A stretch of DNA of 64,000 nucleotides from Nitrospirota bacterium (GTDB taxonomy: Bacteria; Nitrospirota; UBA9217). Under the pieces are notes generated by a model. That model had not been told where the DNA came from and did no database searches. It worked only from the letters and a program-made list of their open reading frames with translations. Both the position numbers and the translations under genes were made by a program. This document shows, piece after piece, positions 18,858 to 29,920 of this stretch. The stretch is taken from the NCBI GenBank assembly GCA_963845065.1, contig CAWJQQ010000006.1:160001-224000 (forward strand), read 5' to 3'. Each line of letters starts with the position of its first letter. Position 1 is the stretch's first letter.

Positions 18858-20072
18858 CTATTTCTTGAACAGGTTCATCATGTTCCACATGGGTAGGAAA
18901 ATCCCCAATGCAAGAAACAATACCATGCCTCCAATGAAGAGCAGGAGAATCGGTTCTATCATGGTTGAAAGGTTCCGCAGAGTGTACTCAACATCCATAT
19001 CATAATAATCAGACACTTTGTTCAGCATGGTGTCAATCTGGCCGGTCTCCTCACCCACGGATATCATCTGCACAACAAGCGGGGGGAACAGCCCAGAGGC
19101 TTCCATTGGCCCAAGAAGTCTTTTGCCTTCCCGAAGACTCTCACGCATCTCTTCCACAACACGGGCAAGCACGACATTGCCTGCTATCTCACCAGAAATA
19201 TCGAGCGTCAGCAACATAGAAATTCCGCTCTTTTGCAGAGCGCTGAAGACCCTGGCAAACCTTGAAAGCGCCACCTTTTGAAACAAGACGCCGAACACCG
19301 GCAGCTTTAACTTCAGATGGTCCCAGCGCCACCGACCCTGAGGTGTGCCTACGTACCAAATAATACCCCACACGAGTAACCCTATTCCCAGGATAAAAAT
19401 ATGCCAGTAGTGTTGAGCGGTGTAATTGATTCTGATCAGGATCCGGGTTGGAAGTGGAAGCTCCGTTTTAAAATTCTCGTAAATTGCTGCAAACTTCGGG
19501 ATCACGAAGCTGACGAGGAAAACAAACGCGAGAGAAATCGCTACAATGACGATGAGCGGATAGCGGACCGCCATCTTGACCCGTGCTCGGGTCTCGGCAT
19601 CATGTTCAGCAAGAAGTGCCAGACGGTTCAGAATATCGTCGAGGATACCGGCAGCCTCGCCGGCGCGGATCATACTCACGTAAAGCTTATTGAATATTTT
19701 CGGATGTTTGGCCAGGGCGTCTGAAAACGTTGAACCGGCTTCCACGTCATTCCTGACCGCGGTAATCGTATTTTTCAGCCGTGGATTTTCGGTCTGTTTC
19801 TCCAGGACGGTAAGACTCTGAACAAAGGGAACACCCGCGCTCAAGAGTGTGGCGAGCTGCCTGCTGAATACGATGAGGTCCTGTGGCTTTACCCGTGTAA
19901 GATTCGTGAACAATTCGGCCTTGAAAAGTGGTGGTTTCTGCTCTGCGATAAAAACAGGAATGAACCCCTGGCCGGTAAGCTGGTCTGCAACAGCATCCCT
20001 GCCACGAGCTTCCATTTCTCCCTCATGAAGAGTGCCGTTTTTGTCCCGTGCTTTGTATGTATATTGCGGCAT
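18858..20072 (-). CDS. Type IV pilus/T2SS platform protein (PilC/MshG/GspF family)
   Basis: FSRQLATLLSAGVP, GEAAGILD, VGEETGQID, MIEP, IFLPMW. Confidence 0.93.
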   Translation of the reverse strand: MPQYTYKARDKNGTLHEGEMEARGRDAVADQLTGQGFIPVFIAEQKPPLFKAELFTNLTRVKPQDLIVFSRQLATLLSAGVPFVQSLTVLEKQTENPRLKNTITAVRNDVEAGSTFSDALAKHPKIFNKLYVSMIRAGEAAGILDDILNRLALLAEHDAETRARVKMAVRYPLIVIVAISLAFVFLVSFVIPKFAAIYENFKTELPLPTRILIRINYTAQHYWHIFILGIGLLVWGIIWYVGTPQGRWRWDHLKLKLPVFGVLFQKVALSRFARVFSALQKSGISMLLTLDISGEIAGNVVLARVVEEMRESLREGKRLLGPMEASGLFPPLVVQMISVGEETGQIDTMLNKVSDYYDMDVEYTLRNLSTMIEPILLLFIGGMVLFLALGIFLPMWNMMNLFKK

Positions 20073-20373
20073 GAAATCCTTGGAATACTCCGAACATGAA
20101 TAAGCCCGAGCTCAAATTATGAACCACAGTTCCACGAACAATGCTCCGATTCAAGTATATGATGCGGGACCATCGAACAACATACAGAAGAGCCAAGCTT
20201 TAGAATAAGGATGTATCTGCGTGTCAAGATGAAATTGGAACCGGTCGGGTCAGTTCACTATGAAGCCAGTGTTTTCATCATGTTTTTATATATATGTTTT
20301 ACAGTTTGACCTCACTAATTACCTTACGTTATCATAAAACTCAAATCAGCGCAATAAAGTAAAAAATAAAATA

Positions 20374-20402
20374 TTGACAAATTTTTTTTTCTGCGGTATA
20401 TT
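20374..20402 (+). promoter_or_regulatory. Sigma70 promoter for rho
   Basis: TTGACA (20374-20379), 17 bp spacer, TATATT (20397-20402), A-rich UP-like tract upstream. Confidence 0.7.
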
Positions 20403-20731
20403 TTTTAATAATAGTTTTACAGGCATACCTAATCTAAAACCCCATTTACCAAAGATCAAACCCAACAGATTAATTTCTCAGGTTGAAAAAAGATACGCAC
20501 CTATTCACAACAGAGGAAGGCACGTTCATCCGTAGCAAACTCACAAGCCGGCAGAGTTGTTAATCGTACATGGCACAACCCGACAGTCTGAGGACCCGCC
20601 TCCTTAAAATTCTATATTATTTGTGCATTCATGCATTCACACACATACAGAAACAAAATAAACCACCAACCCACCCCCGTAACTAAGGTACAGACCTATC
20701 TGCCCCTCAAACCCGGGCCAAGGAGTAAATA

Positions 20732-21979
20732 ATGAACTTAGTAGAACTGAAGGGCAAAAGCATCGCTGAGCTTACCACCATGGCGGACGAACTGAAGGTC
20801 GAAGGTGTGAGTGGTATGCGGAAGCAAGAGCTCATCTTCGCGATCCTACAGGCCCAAACCGAAAAGAATGGCATGATCTTCGGTGAAGGAGTTCTCGAAA
20901 TTTTGCCCGATGGATTCGGTTTCCTGAGAGCACCGGATTACAATTATCTCCCTGGACCGGACGATATCTATGTATCTCCTTCACAAATCAGGCGATTCAA
21001 TATCCGCACAGGCGATACTGTCTCCGGTCAGATCAGGCCCCCGAAAGAAGGCGAGCGCTATTTCGCCCTTCTCAAGGTCGATGCGATCAACTACGAGGAC
21101 CCAGAGATCTCGCGGACCAAGATCCTCTTTGACAACCTCACTCCCTACTATCCCGAAAAAAAGATCAAACTCGAACATGCGCCAACTGACTACACGACCC
21201 GTGCCATGGATCTCGTTACACCCATCGGCATGGGCCAGCGCGGCATGATCGTGGCTCCGCCCCGGACTGGCAAAACTATGCTGCTCCAGTCGATAGCGAA
21301 GGCAATCTTAAAGAACCACAAGGACATCAAGCTCATCGTACTGTTGATCGACGAGCGGCCGGAAGAAGTCACGGACTGGCAGCGCCAGGTAAAGGCTGAG
21401 ATCATCAGTTCCACGTTCGATGAACCGCCGCAAAGGCACGTGCAAGTAGCCGATATGGTAAGCGAACGCGCCAAGCGCCTTGTAGAACACAAAAAAGATG
21501 TTGTCATCCTGCTCGACAGCATAACGCGTCTCGCGAGAGCTCACAATGCAATCATTCCGGCATCGGGCAAGGTGCTGTCCGGAGGCCTTGATGCGAATGC
21601 CCTGCAAAGGCCGAAACGGTTCTTCGGTGCGGCCCGCAGCATCGAAGGCGGCGGAAGCCTCACAATCCTCGCGACAGCGCTGGTTGATACTGGCAGCCGT
21701 ATGGATGATGTGATCTTCGAGGAATTCAAGGGCACCGGTAACATGGAGCTGCATCTTGACCGCAAGCTCGTGGACAAACGCGTATTCCCGGCCATTGATA
21801 TCAACGCGTCCGGCACACGGAAGGAAGAACTACTCGTGGACAAGGACGATTTAAACCGCATGTGGGTCCTCCGAAAGGTACTGAACCCGTTGACGACAGT
21901 TGAGAGCATGGAATTCCTCCTCGAGAAACTTAAGCAGGCCAAGACAAATCGAGACTTCCTGGATTCAATGAACAAGTAA
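20732..21979 (+). CDS. rho: Transcription termination factor Rho
   Basis: [53 protein letters not shown]. Confidence 0.98.
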   Translation: MNLVELKGKSIAELTTMADELKVEGVSGMRKQELIFAILQAQTEKNGMIFGEGVLEILPDGFGFLRAPDYNYLPGPDDIYVSPSQIRRFNIRTGDTVSGQIRPPKEGERYFALLKVDAINYEDPEISRTKILFDNLTPYYPEKKIKLEHAPTDYTTRAMDLVTPIGMGQRGMIVAPPRTGKTMLLQSIAKAILKNHKDIKLIVLLIDERPEEVTDWQRQVKAEIISSTFDEPPQRHVQVADMVSERAKRLVEHKKDVVILLDSITRLARAHNAIIPASGKVLSGGLDANALQRPKRFFGAARSIEGGGSLTILATALVDTGSRMDDVIFEEFKGTGNMELHLDRKLVDKRVFPAIDINASGTRKEELLVDKDDLNRMWVLRKVLNPLTTVESMEFLLEKLKQAKTNRDFLDSMNK

Positions 21980-22031
21980 TTTTTCTCTTGTATTTTTGAG
22001 AAGTTTGGTATATTATTTCCGCCTTAACAAA

Positions 22032-22079
22032 CATAGCCACAGCATGAGCTGTGGCTATCTGTGGCTATCTGTGGCTATG
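22032..22079. repeat. Inverted arm plus 3x 10-bp tandem repeat (CTGTGGCTAT) in the rpmE leader
   Basis: CATAGCCACAG (22032-22042) is complementary to the copies at 22049, 22059 and 22069. Confidence 0.85.
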
Positions 22080-22102
22080 GATTATTCCAGGAGGACACGC
22101 TA

Positions 22103-22303
22103 ATGAAGCAAGATATTCATCCCGATTACAAGGTAACAACCGTTCACTGCGCTTGCGGTGAATCGTTCCAGACCCGTTCGACCAAGCAGGACATACGACT
22201 CGACATATGCTCAGTCTGCCATCCTTTCTTCACCGGTAAGCAGAAACTCATCGACACCGAAGGTCGTGTCGACAAGTTCCGGAAGAAGTACAATAAAGCT
22301 TAA
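22103..22303 (+). CDS. rpmE: 50S ribosomal protein L31 (Zn-binding form)
   Basis: MKQDIHPDY...CACG...[15 protein letters not shown]...GRVDKF; AGGAGG RBS before ATG 22103. Confidence 0.97.
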   Translation: MKQDIHPDYKVTTVHCACGESFQTRSTKQDIRLDICSVCHPFFTGKQKLIDTEGRVDKFRKKYNKA

Positions 22304-22345
22304 AGCGGACAACTGAGGACGGAAATCAGAGGCTGTAACGCTTGC

Positions 22346-23308
22346 GTGGTCTGTCTGATTTTTTTTGACTTTTGTATTCTGGCTTATTACGAGGTGTCTG
22401 ACTTGTTGGAAAAGTTGAATATAGGCGGGCAGGCTGTGCTCGAAGGTGTGATGATGCGCTCACCACATGCTTTTACCGTGGCTGTGCGCAAGGGCGGTAA
22501 GCCTGCTGCTGATATCGTTGTCTTGCAGGAAACGATCCAGCCGCTTGGTGAACGCTATCCGCTCTTCAAAAAAAAAATCATCAGGGGCTCGGTCGCGTTG
22601 TTCGAAGCTTTGTGGCTCGGTATCCGGGCGCTCAATTTTTCGGCGAATGAAGCTCTCGAAAGCGAAGACGGCAAGAAAGAAAACATCAGCTCCCTTGCTA
22701 TGGCAGGGACTATGATCGTAGCGCTGGCATTCTCGCTCGGTCTTTTTCTTGGCCTGCCCCTCCTCATTACCAACCTGCTCGGCATGAAGTACGACGCCGT
22801 AACGAAGAACAGCATGCTATTCAATCTGACAGACGGTGTACTTCGCATGGCGCTCTTCCTCGGCTATGTTTCCGGTATCTCGTTCATGAAGGACATCCGA
22901 AGAGTCTTTGAATACCACGGAGCTGAGCACAAGGCGATCGCGGCTTACGAGGCAGGGGTTGAACTCACAGTGGCAAACGCACGACCCTACTCCCGCATCC
23001 ATCCACGGTGCGGTACGAGCTTTCTGATCGCGGTAATAGCGCTCTCGATTCTCGTGTTTTCCTTGATCCCGGGCGCTTGGCCGCTCTGGGCAAAGGGGTT
23101 GTCGCGGATCGTGCTCCTCCCCTTGATCGCAGGTTTGGGATATGAATTCATAAAATTCAGTGCAACGAACTGCGGAAATGCCGTGATCCAGCGTCTGATG
23201 CAGCCGGGGCTCTGGCTCCAGCGGCTAACCACCCGGGAGCCATCTGACGATCAAATTGAGGTGGCCCTGAAGTCCCTCACCGAGGCCCTCGCAATGGAAC
23301 CCCGCTGA
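22346..23308 (+). CDS. DUF1385 family membrane protein (true start probably ~22400)
   Basis: IGGQAVLEGVMMR, FEYHGAEHK, HPRCGTSF, LQRLTTREP; usual position between rpmE and prfA. Confidence 0.9.
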   Translation: MVCLIFFDFCILAYYEVSDLLEKLNIGGQAVLEGVMMRSPHAFTVAVRKGGKPAADIVVLQETIQPLGERYPLFKKKIIRGSVALFEALWLGIRALNFSANEALESEDGKKENISSLAMAGTMIVALAFSLGLFLGLPLLITNLLGMKYDAVTKNSMLFNLTDGVLRMALFLGYVSGISFMKDIRRVFEYHGAEHKAIAAYEAGVELTVANARPYSRIHPRCGTSFLIAVIALSILVFSLIPGAWPLWAKGLSRIVLLPLIAGLGYEFIKFSATNCGNAVIQRLMQPGLWLQRLTTREPSDDQIEVALKSLTEALAMEPR

Positions 23309-23324
23309 AGCGGGGTTTTTTTTT
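23298..23324 (+). terminator. Intrinsic terminator after the DUF1385 gene
   Basis: AACCCCGC-TGAA-GCGGGG followed by T9. Confidence 0.8.
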
Positions 23325-23417
23325 CAATGATAATAATTCATTCCACCACAAAGACACTAAGAAAAAGAACTCAGTTCTTTGTTTTTTGAGACTTCATAGT
23401 AAATTTTTGACTTCCCT

Positions 23418-24485
23418 ATGCTGAGCAAATTAGATGCGGTTGCAGAAAAATATGACGAGCTGACAAGGCTCCTGTCCGATCCTGGCGTCGCCGCCGACCA
23501 CCAGCAATACCAGAAGTATTCAAAGGAGCGGTCGGAGATCGAAGATGTCGTGCACCAATTCCGCGCCTACCAGAACGTGCAGAAGCAGATCCGAGAAGCT
23601 GAAGAATTTACAATCGATAAGCAGGCAGATCCAGAGCTCCGGGCCATGGCAGAAGCCGAACTCAGGGAGCTTCGGCCCAGGTTCGAACAGATGGAGCAGG
23701 ATCTCCGGATCATGCTCGTGCCCAAGGATCCCAGAGACGACAAAAATATCTTTCTCGAAATCCGCGCCGGCGCGGGAGGCGATGAGGCTGGATTGTTCGC
23801 AGCAGAGCTCTTCCGTATGTATTCCCGCTACGCTGAGAAAAAACGCTGGAAAGTCACGCTCCTCGACATGAGCACTACGGGCGTCGGCGGGGCCAAGGAA
23901 GTGGTTGCCCAGATACAGGGCAAGGGCGTGTTCAGCAGGCTCAAATACGAAAGTGGAGTGCACCGCGTACAGCGCGTTCCCACCACAGAGGCAAGCGGCA
24001 GGATCCATACTTCCACCGTAACGGTGGCCGTCATTCCCGAGGCCGAGGACGTCGACGTCCAGATCGAGCAGAAGGACTTGCGTATTGACACCTATTGCTC
24101 ATCGGGCCCAGGCGGACAGAGCGTGAATACGACCTACTCAGCCGTTCGCATCACACACATTCCGACCGGAGAAGTGGTCGCCTGCCAGGACGAACGATCG
24201 CAGCTCAAGAACCGTGAAAAAGCAATGAAGATCCTCAAATCACGGCTGCTGGAAAAGGAGCGCGAGAAGCGAGAGGCCGAGGAGGCCGCGGCCCGCAAGC
24301 AACAAGTAGGCACTGGTGATCGCAGCGAGAAGATCAGAACTTATAACTTTCCACAGAGCAGGGTAACCGACCACCGAATAGGTCAATCACTCTACAAGAT
24401 TGACGCGGTCATGGACGGAGACATCGACGAATTCATCGATGGCCTTACGGCGGCAGATAATGCGGAGCGGCTCAAGAACCTGTGA
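23418..24485 (+). CDS. prfA: Peptide chain release factor 1
   Basis: ESGVHRVQRVPTTE (PxT), GPGGQSVN, EKIRTYNFPQ. Confidence 0.98.
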   Translation: MLSKLDAVAEKYDELTRLLSDPGVAADHQQYQKYSKERSEIEDVVHQFRAYQNVQKQIREAEEFTIDKQADPELRAMAEAELRELRPRFEQMEQDLRIMLVPKDPRDDKNIFLEIRAGAGGDEAGLFAAELFRMYSRYAEKKRWKVTLLDMSTTGVGGAKEVVAQIQGKGVFSRLKYESGVHRVQRVPTTEASGRIHTSTVTVAVIPEAEDVDVQIEQKDLRIDTYCSSGPGGQSVNTTYSAVRITHIPTGEVVACQDERSQLKNREKAMKILKSRLLEKEREKREAEEAAARKQQVGTGDRSEKIRTYNFPQSRVTDHRIGQSLYKIDAVMDGDIDEFIDGLTAADNAERLKNL

Positions 24486-24563
24486 CAGTTCCCAGCTTTG
24501 TGCTTGGAATTAAGGCAGGCGTAACTCCAAACTTAAAATGTAAAACTTACAACGCTGGTAAAC

Positions 24564-25424
24564 GTGATTCTCGCTGAAGCAATAAATAATGCATTAAAAC
24601 AATTATCGGCTGCGGGTATAACCAACGACCGACTCGACGCAGAAGTGCTTCTCTGTCATACGCTCGGAAGAGACCGCGCCTGGCTCCTGGCCCACATACG
24701 GGAACCGCTTGGCGATGAGCGCCGTAGGATCTTTGAAAAAACGATCGATCGAAGGGTGCAGCGAGAACCTCTCCAGTATATTACAGGTAACCAAGAATTC
24801 TGGGGTCTGGACTTCGCGGTCACGCCAGACGTTCTCATCCCGAGACCGGAAACCGAGCTGATCATCGAGGCTGTTCTTGGTTTTGCAAAGAAAGACCAGA
24901 CATCAACGATCATCGACCTCTGCACGGGCTCAGGCTGCATTGCCGTTAGCCTGGCGAAAGAGTTGAATGCTGCGCGCGTCTTCGCGACGGATAAATCCGT
25001 AAAAGCACTTGGCGTTGCCCGTGAGAATGCTCAAAAGCATGGGGTTGTGGACCGCATCCGCTTCCTCGAAGGTGACCTGTTCGGACCCTTAAACGAACTT
25101 GACATCCTTGGCCAAGCGGATATCATTGTTTCAAATCCCCCCTACATTCCATCCGGAGACTACTGTTCGCTCCAGGTCGAGGTAAGGGATTACGAACCGA
25201 AAATAGCACTCATAGCCGGACCGGGTGGCACGGAGATTCATCAGCGTATTCTTGATGAAGCGCCGCGTTTTCTCAAAAGCAAAGGTCATCTCATTATTGA
25301 GATGGGTATGGGGCAAAGTAGTGAGCTTTTGCACAGGATACGGGAAACCAGTGCGTTTGCTGTGTCGACCGTTCTCAAGGACCTTGCAGGCATTGAGCGG
25401 GTTATTGTGGCAAGAATCCAATAA
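24564..25424 (+). CDS. prmC: Release factor glutamine methyltransferase
   Basis: LIPRPETE, DLCTGSG, SNPPY; directly after prfA. Confidence 0.96.
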   Translation: MILAEAINNALKQLSAAGITNDRLDAEVLLCHTLGRDRAWLLAHIREPLGDERRRIFEKTIDRRVQREPLQYITGNQEFWGLDFAVTPDVLIPRPETELIIEAVLGFAKKDQTSTIIDLCTGSGCIAVSLAKELNAARVFATDKSVKALGVARENAQKHGVVDRIRFLEGDLFGPLNELDILGQADIIVSNPPYIPSGDYCSLQVEVRDYEPKIALIAGPGGTEIHQRILDEAPRFLKSKGHLIIEMGMGQSSELLHRIRETSAFAVSTVLKDLAGIERVIVARIQ

Positions 25425-25494
25425 ACCACAACTATAATCAACACTGGTTAAATCTTTATAAGCTGTTCAAACGTTTTTACGAAAATCATAAATC

Positions 25495-26742
25495 ATGAAG
25501 AAGATTGTTATTAACGGCGGCAAAAAACTTAGTGGTGAAGTTACGATCAGCGGTGCAAAAAATGCGGCACTACCGATTCTCGCTGCTGGCCTTCTGTGCG
25601 CGGGAAAGCATATCATCTCCAATGTCCCCCGCCTAGCCGATGTGGCCACGTTCGGAAAGATCCTCCAAAACATGGGCGTGTCCTTCGAGCGGAAGGACAA
25701 TGATATCGTTATAGATTCTCTGGACCTGACAAACCCCGAGGCAAGTTACGATCTCGTGCGGACCATGCGGGCCTCGGTGCTCGTGCTTGGCCCGCTATTG
25801 GCGCGTATGGGCAGGGCCAGGGTATCGTTGCCGGGAGGATGCGCCATCGGTGCGCGTCCCATTGACCTTCATCTCATGGGCCTCGAGAAACTCGGCGCAT
25901 CGGTCGCGATCGAGCATGGCTACGTTGTAGCATCAGCCAAGAAGCTTCACGGTGCACGTATCTATTTCGACACCATCACTGTGACCGGCACGGAAAACAT
26001 CATGATGGCAGCCACTCTTGCAGAGGGCCAAACCATCATCGAAAATGCTGCGCGTGAGCCTGAAATTGTCGATTTAGCGAACGCCCTCATCAAGATGGGA
26101 GCCAAGATCGAAGGTGCGGGAACGGACATCGTAAAAATCCAAGGAGTTGATACTCTCCAGCCCATGAACTACACGGTGATGCCCGACCGCATTGAAACAG
26201 GGACTTTTGTAATCGCTGCGGCGATAACCAGCGGCATGGTGACAATCAAAAATTGCTTTCCTGCCCATCTTGACGCAGTTCTGGCAAAGGTTCAAGAAGC
26301 AGGCGCTCAAATTTCGATTGATGATGGTACAATCCGCGTGATTGGACTGCCCAGCATCAAGCCGGTGAACATCAAGACGCTGGAATACCCGGGTTTTCCT
26401 ACTGATATGCAGGCACAGTTCATGAGCCTCATGACTCTTGCCGATGGCACGAGCGTGATCAATGAGACTATTTTTGAAAACCGTTTCACTCATGTGGCAG
26501 AACTACGCCGTATGGGAGCCGATATCGAAGCCGACGGCCACACTGCCATCGTAAAGGGAGTAACGCGACTGTCCGCGGCGCCCGTTATGGCGACCGACCT
26601 CCGGGCGAGCGCATCTCTCATTCTCGCGGGACTTGCCGCCGAAGGGCAGACTGTGATTTCGCGCATCTACCATCTCGACCGGGGGTATGAAAACATCGAA
26701 GAAAAACTTTCGATATTGGGAGCCGATATAAAAAGAGTATAA
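25495..26742 (+). CDS. murA: UDP-N-acetylglucosamine 1-carboxyvinyltransferase
   Basis: [19 protein letters not shown] (catalytic Cys), [18 protein letters not shown]. Confidence 0.98.
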   Translation: MKKIVINGGKKLSGEVTISGAKNAALPILAAGLLCAGKHIISNVPRLADVATFGKILQNMGVSFERKDNDIVIDSLDLTNPEASYDLVRTMRASVLVLGPLLARMGRARVSLPGGCAIGARPIDLHLMGLEKLGASVAIEHGYVVASAKKLHGARIYFDTITVTGTENIMMAATLAEGQTIIENAAREPEIVDLANALIKMGAKIEGAGTDIVKIQGVDTLQPMNYTVMPDRIETGTFVIAAAITSGMVTIKNCFPAHLDAVLAKVQEAGAQISIDDGTIRVIGLPSIKPVNIKTLEYPGFPTDMQAQFMSLMTLADGTSVINETIFENRFTHVAELRRMGADIEADGHTAIVKGVTRLSAAPVMATDLRASASLILAGLAAEGQTVISRIYHLDRGYENIEEKLSILGADIKRV

Positions 26743-26838
26743 GTTAAATCGCGCTACTGAGAGAAGCTTTTTATCATCGTCAGATTTTTTTCTCAAAGTA
26801 CCGTACAACCTCCGCGGTAAATAGAATTTAGGACATTT

Positions 26839-28131
26839 ATGAAGATTATCGATGCCCAACATAAAGACATCACCACAGAGTTGAAGCGCATTGTAAACCG
26901 AGGTGAAACGGCCACCGAAGAAGTTGCCGCTGCCGTAAAAGAAGTCGTTGAACGCGTTCGAAAGGAAGGCGATCCGGCGGTAATCGAATATACCGAGAAG
27001 TTCGACAAAGTAAAGCTTTCTCTCAAGAACATCAAAGTGTCCCCGGGGGAAATCCAGGAAGCCTACTTAAACGTTGAAACAAAAAAAGTTGAGGCACTCA
27101 GGCTTGCGGCCCAAAACATTCGCTCATTCCATCAGAAACAGAAAATCAGCTCTTGGGTCAGCCAGGAGGCTGACGGTGTGATCCTGGGACAGCTTGCGAG
27201 GCCGATCCTGAGCGCAGGCATCTACGTGCCCGGCGGCAAAGCCTGCTATCCCTCATCCGTGCTCATGAATGTGATCCCCGCAATTGTGGCCGGCGTGGAG
27301 CATCTCGTCATGTGTTCGCCCGCACCGAGCGGGAACCTGAATCCTTACATTTTGATCGCCGCAGACATCGCCGGTGTAAGTGAGATATACAAAATCGGCG
27401 GAGCACAAGCTGTCGCTGCCATGGCTTATGGTACTGCCACGATACCCAAAGTTGATAAGATCGTGGGCCCGGGCAATATTTATGTGGCCACTGCCAAACG
27501 CTATGTTTTTGGCCAGGTTGACATTGATATGATCGCTGGGCCAAGCGAGATCCTCGTCCTTGCCGATCATTCAGCGGACCCCGAGTTCGTTGCATCTGAT
27601 CTCCTTTCCCAGGCAGAGCATGACGAGCTAGCCTCGTCAATACTCGTGACGACCTCGCGAGAGCTGGCGAACAAGGTGAGTGCGGAAGTTGAGCGTCAAC
27701 TCTCCAACTTGACGCGAAAAGAGATCGCACGCAAGGCCATCGACCGATTCGGTGCTATTATTATTACGACCTCTCTGTTGGAAGCTGCAGAGGTATCGAA
27801 TTCCATAGCGCCGGAGCACCTTGAACTTGCTGTGGAGAAGCCCTTTGAACTATTGGCATTGATCAAGAATGCAGGCGCCATATTCCTCGGGCACTTTACG
27901 CCCGAGTCTGTAGGCGACTACATCGCCGGCCCGAACCATGTGCTCCCAACTGGCGGCACAGCACGTTTCTTCTCGCCGCTCTCGACCGACAGCTTCATGA
28001 AAAAGTCCAGCCTTATCTTCTACACGCGGGAGGGGCTGGACAGGGTCGGCGAGGCCGTAATTCAGATCGCAGACGTCGAAGGTCTGGAAGCGCACGGGAA
28101 TACAATTCGTGTGAGGATGTCAAAGAAATAA
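26839..28131 (+). CDS. hisD: Histidinol dehydrogenase
   Basis: YVPGG, GPGNIYV, IDMIAGPSE, DLLSQAEH, APEHL, GDYIAGPNHVLPT. Confidence 0.98.
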   Translation: MKIIDAQHKDITTELKRIVNRGETATEEVAAAVKEVVERVRKEGDPAVIEYTEKFDKVKLSLKNIKVSPGEIQEAYLNVETKKVEALRLAAQNIRSFHQKQKISSWVSQEADGVILGQLARPILSAGIYVPGGKACYPSSVLMNVIPAIVAGVEHLVMCSPAPSGNLNPYILIAADIAGVSEIYKIGGAQAVAAMAYGTATIPKVDKIVGPGNIYVATAKRYVFGQVDIDMIAGPSEILVLADHSADPEFVASDLLSQAEHDELASSILVTTSRELANKVSAEVERQLSNLTRKEIARKAIDRFGAIIITTSLLEAAEVSNSIAPEHLELAVEKPFELLALIKNAGAIFLGHFTPESVGDYIAGPNHVLPTGGTARFFSPLSTDSFMKKSSLIFYTREGLDRVGEAVIQIADVEGLEAHGNTIRVRMSKK

Positions 28132-28263
28132 GAACCTTTCAGGTGAAATGAAAATTAAATATCCAGGAAATGAGAAAATTAATTGTTGCGTTAGTATTTT
28201 TTCCACCTTTTATATTCCACTGTTCCTGAATGATCCTTCTTACGTATGAATAGGGAGACTGAG

Positions 28264-29184
28264 ATGCCGATAAAATCAAAAAAGAAAATATCTATATCAG
28301 TGGTTCCTTCAGACCAGAAGCTCAAGCTCGGCCTTCCGAAGGGCAGCTTACAGGACTCAACGTTTAAGCTCTTCAACAAGGCCGGCTACCGCGTCCAAGT
28401 CAGTTCGCGGAGCTACTATCCGACCATCGACGACCAGAAGATCGATTGCACGCTTGTGCGGGCGCAAGAAATGGCCCGCTATGTCGATCACGGCATTTTC
28501 GACGTCGGGCTCACGGGCAAGGATTGGATTCTGGAGCAGAACGCCGATGTTGTCGAAGTAGCAGAACTTAGGTATGCCAAGGGAGGACTGAACCCGGTCC
28601 GTTGGGTCGTGGCAGTGCCTGAGGATTCCTCGATCAAATCAATCAAAGACCTTAAAGGTAAGCGGATCGCCACCGAGCTAGTGGGCTACACGAAACGCTA
28701 CCTCAAGTCTAAAGGTGTCACGGCAGATATTGAATTTTCATGGGGTGCTACAGAAGTGAAGCCGCCGAGATTAGCTGATGCGATCGTGGAGCTCACCGAG
28801 ACCGGCAGCTCGCTCAAGGCGAACAAGCTTCGGATCGTGGAGGTAATGCTCGAATCCACCACGCGGCTCATCGCAAACAAGAAGGCCTGGGCCGATCCGC
28901 GGAAGCGTAAGTTGATTGAGAACATGGCAATGCTGCTTCAGGGAGCACTTGCAGCCGAGGAGAAGGTCGGCCTCAAGATGAACGCACCGAAGGCGAACCT
29001 CAATGAAATCTGCGGCCTGCTCCCGTCCATGCATGCGCCAACCATATCACACCAGACCGATCCCGCGTGGGTAAGCCTGGAAGTAATTTTAGATGAAAAA
29101 ACGGCCCGTGACCTTATCCCGCGTCTCAAGCGGCGCGGCGCATCGGGGATCGTCGAATACCCTTTGAATAAAGTCATTCCCTGA
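28264..29184 (+). CDS. hisG: ATP phosphoribosyltransferase, long form
   Basis: [36 protein letters not shown] plus C-terminal regulatory domain. Confidence 0.96.
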   Translation: MPIKSKKKISISVVPSDQKLKLGLPKGSLQDSTFKLFNKAGYRVQVSSRSYYPTIDDQKIDCTLVRAQEMARYVDHGIFDVGLTGKDWILEQNADVVEVAELRYAKGGLNPVRWVVAVPEDSSIKSIKDLKGKRIATELVGYTKRYLKSKGVTADIEFSWGATEVKPPRLADAIVELTETGSSLKANKLRIVEVMLESTTRLIANKKAWADPRKRKLIENMAMLLQGALAAEEKVGLKMNAPKANLNEICGLLPSMHAPTISHQTDPAWVSLEVILDEKTARDLIPRLKRRGASGIVEYPLNKVIP

Positions 29185-29192
29185 AACACAGT

Positions 29193-29222
29193 GGGCGGCA
29201 CCGCGGCCGCCCTTTCTTTTTT
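29193..29222 (+). terminator. Intrinsic terminator after hisG
   Basis: GGGCGGC...GCCGCCC stem followed by a T-rich tract. Confidence 0.7.
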
Positions 29223-29245
29223 GGTGATTCTCTGTTTTACTTATG

Positions 29246-29812
29246 TTATCGTTTTGATTCTCTTTCCACGAAATTCCTAATAGCAACACCGAGAAACCTC
29301 GGGTCGCTAATCAGGGCTATAACCAGCTTGCTAATTGAGCTATTCAGATTCGTCCGAAATCGTCTTGTGTCATCATCATAGGATTTATCGGTGATAAGCC
29401 AGCCGATCTCCTGCGCTGGTTTGAGATACCGTATATCACCGTTCAAGGTCTGCGTCCCAATTCTTTGCATACTGTGCCAAGAGAAAATCGATCGAGTCGC
29501 GACTCAGAAATAACTTTCCTTGGCCAAGTCCGCCATTCCTCCCGTCGAAGGAAGTCCTAATGTTACTGATGACCGCGTCCTCCGAATGTGTCGTCCCATC
29601 CATCATATGGACCAGTGGCACCAGACGTCGCTCAGGGAAAGAACGATGAGTCGATTCTTTTTTCTCGCTTCTTCCTGTATTGCCTGGCTCCGGGTCCTAC
29701 ATTGTATCAAGTGGGCCTTGTTGGGTCGCGGCGAGAAGCGGAAGCCTGATCCACCTGCGCATTATTAATAAAGAAAGATACCGCATATCATAGTGATGAG
29801 GATTTTCTTCAT
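29246..29812 (-). pseudogene. Decayed gene remnant between hisG and hisC, opposite strand
   Basis: ATG 29812 gives signal-peptide-like MKKILITMICGIFLY then a stop; overlapping fragments 29436-29621 and 29246-29470 lie in different frames. Confidence 0.35.
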
Positions 29813-29920
29813 ACGGCCTTAATACCTGTTTCACGGCATGAAATGAAGGGGTTGTCTCCCTTTTACTCTATGTGGTTTTTCCTTGTACAGGACTGATGAT
29901 TCTTGTATATTGCTGCTAAT

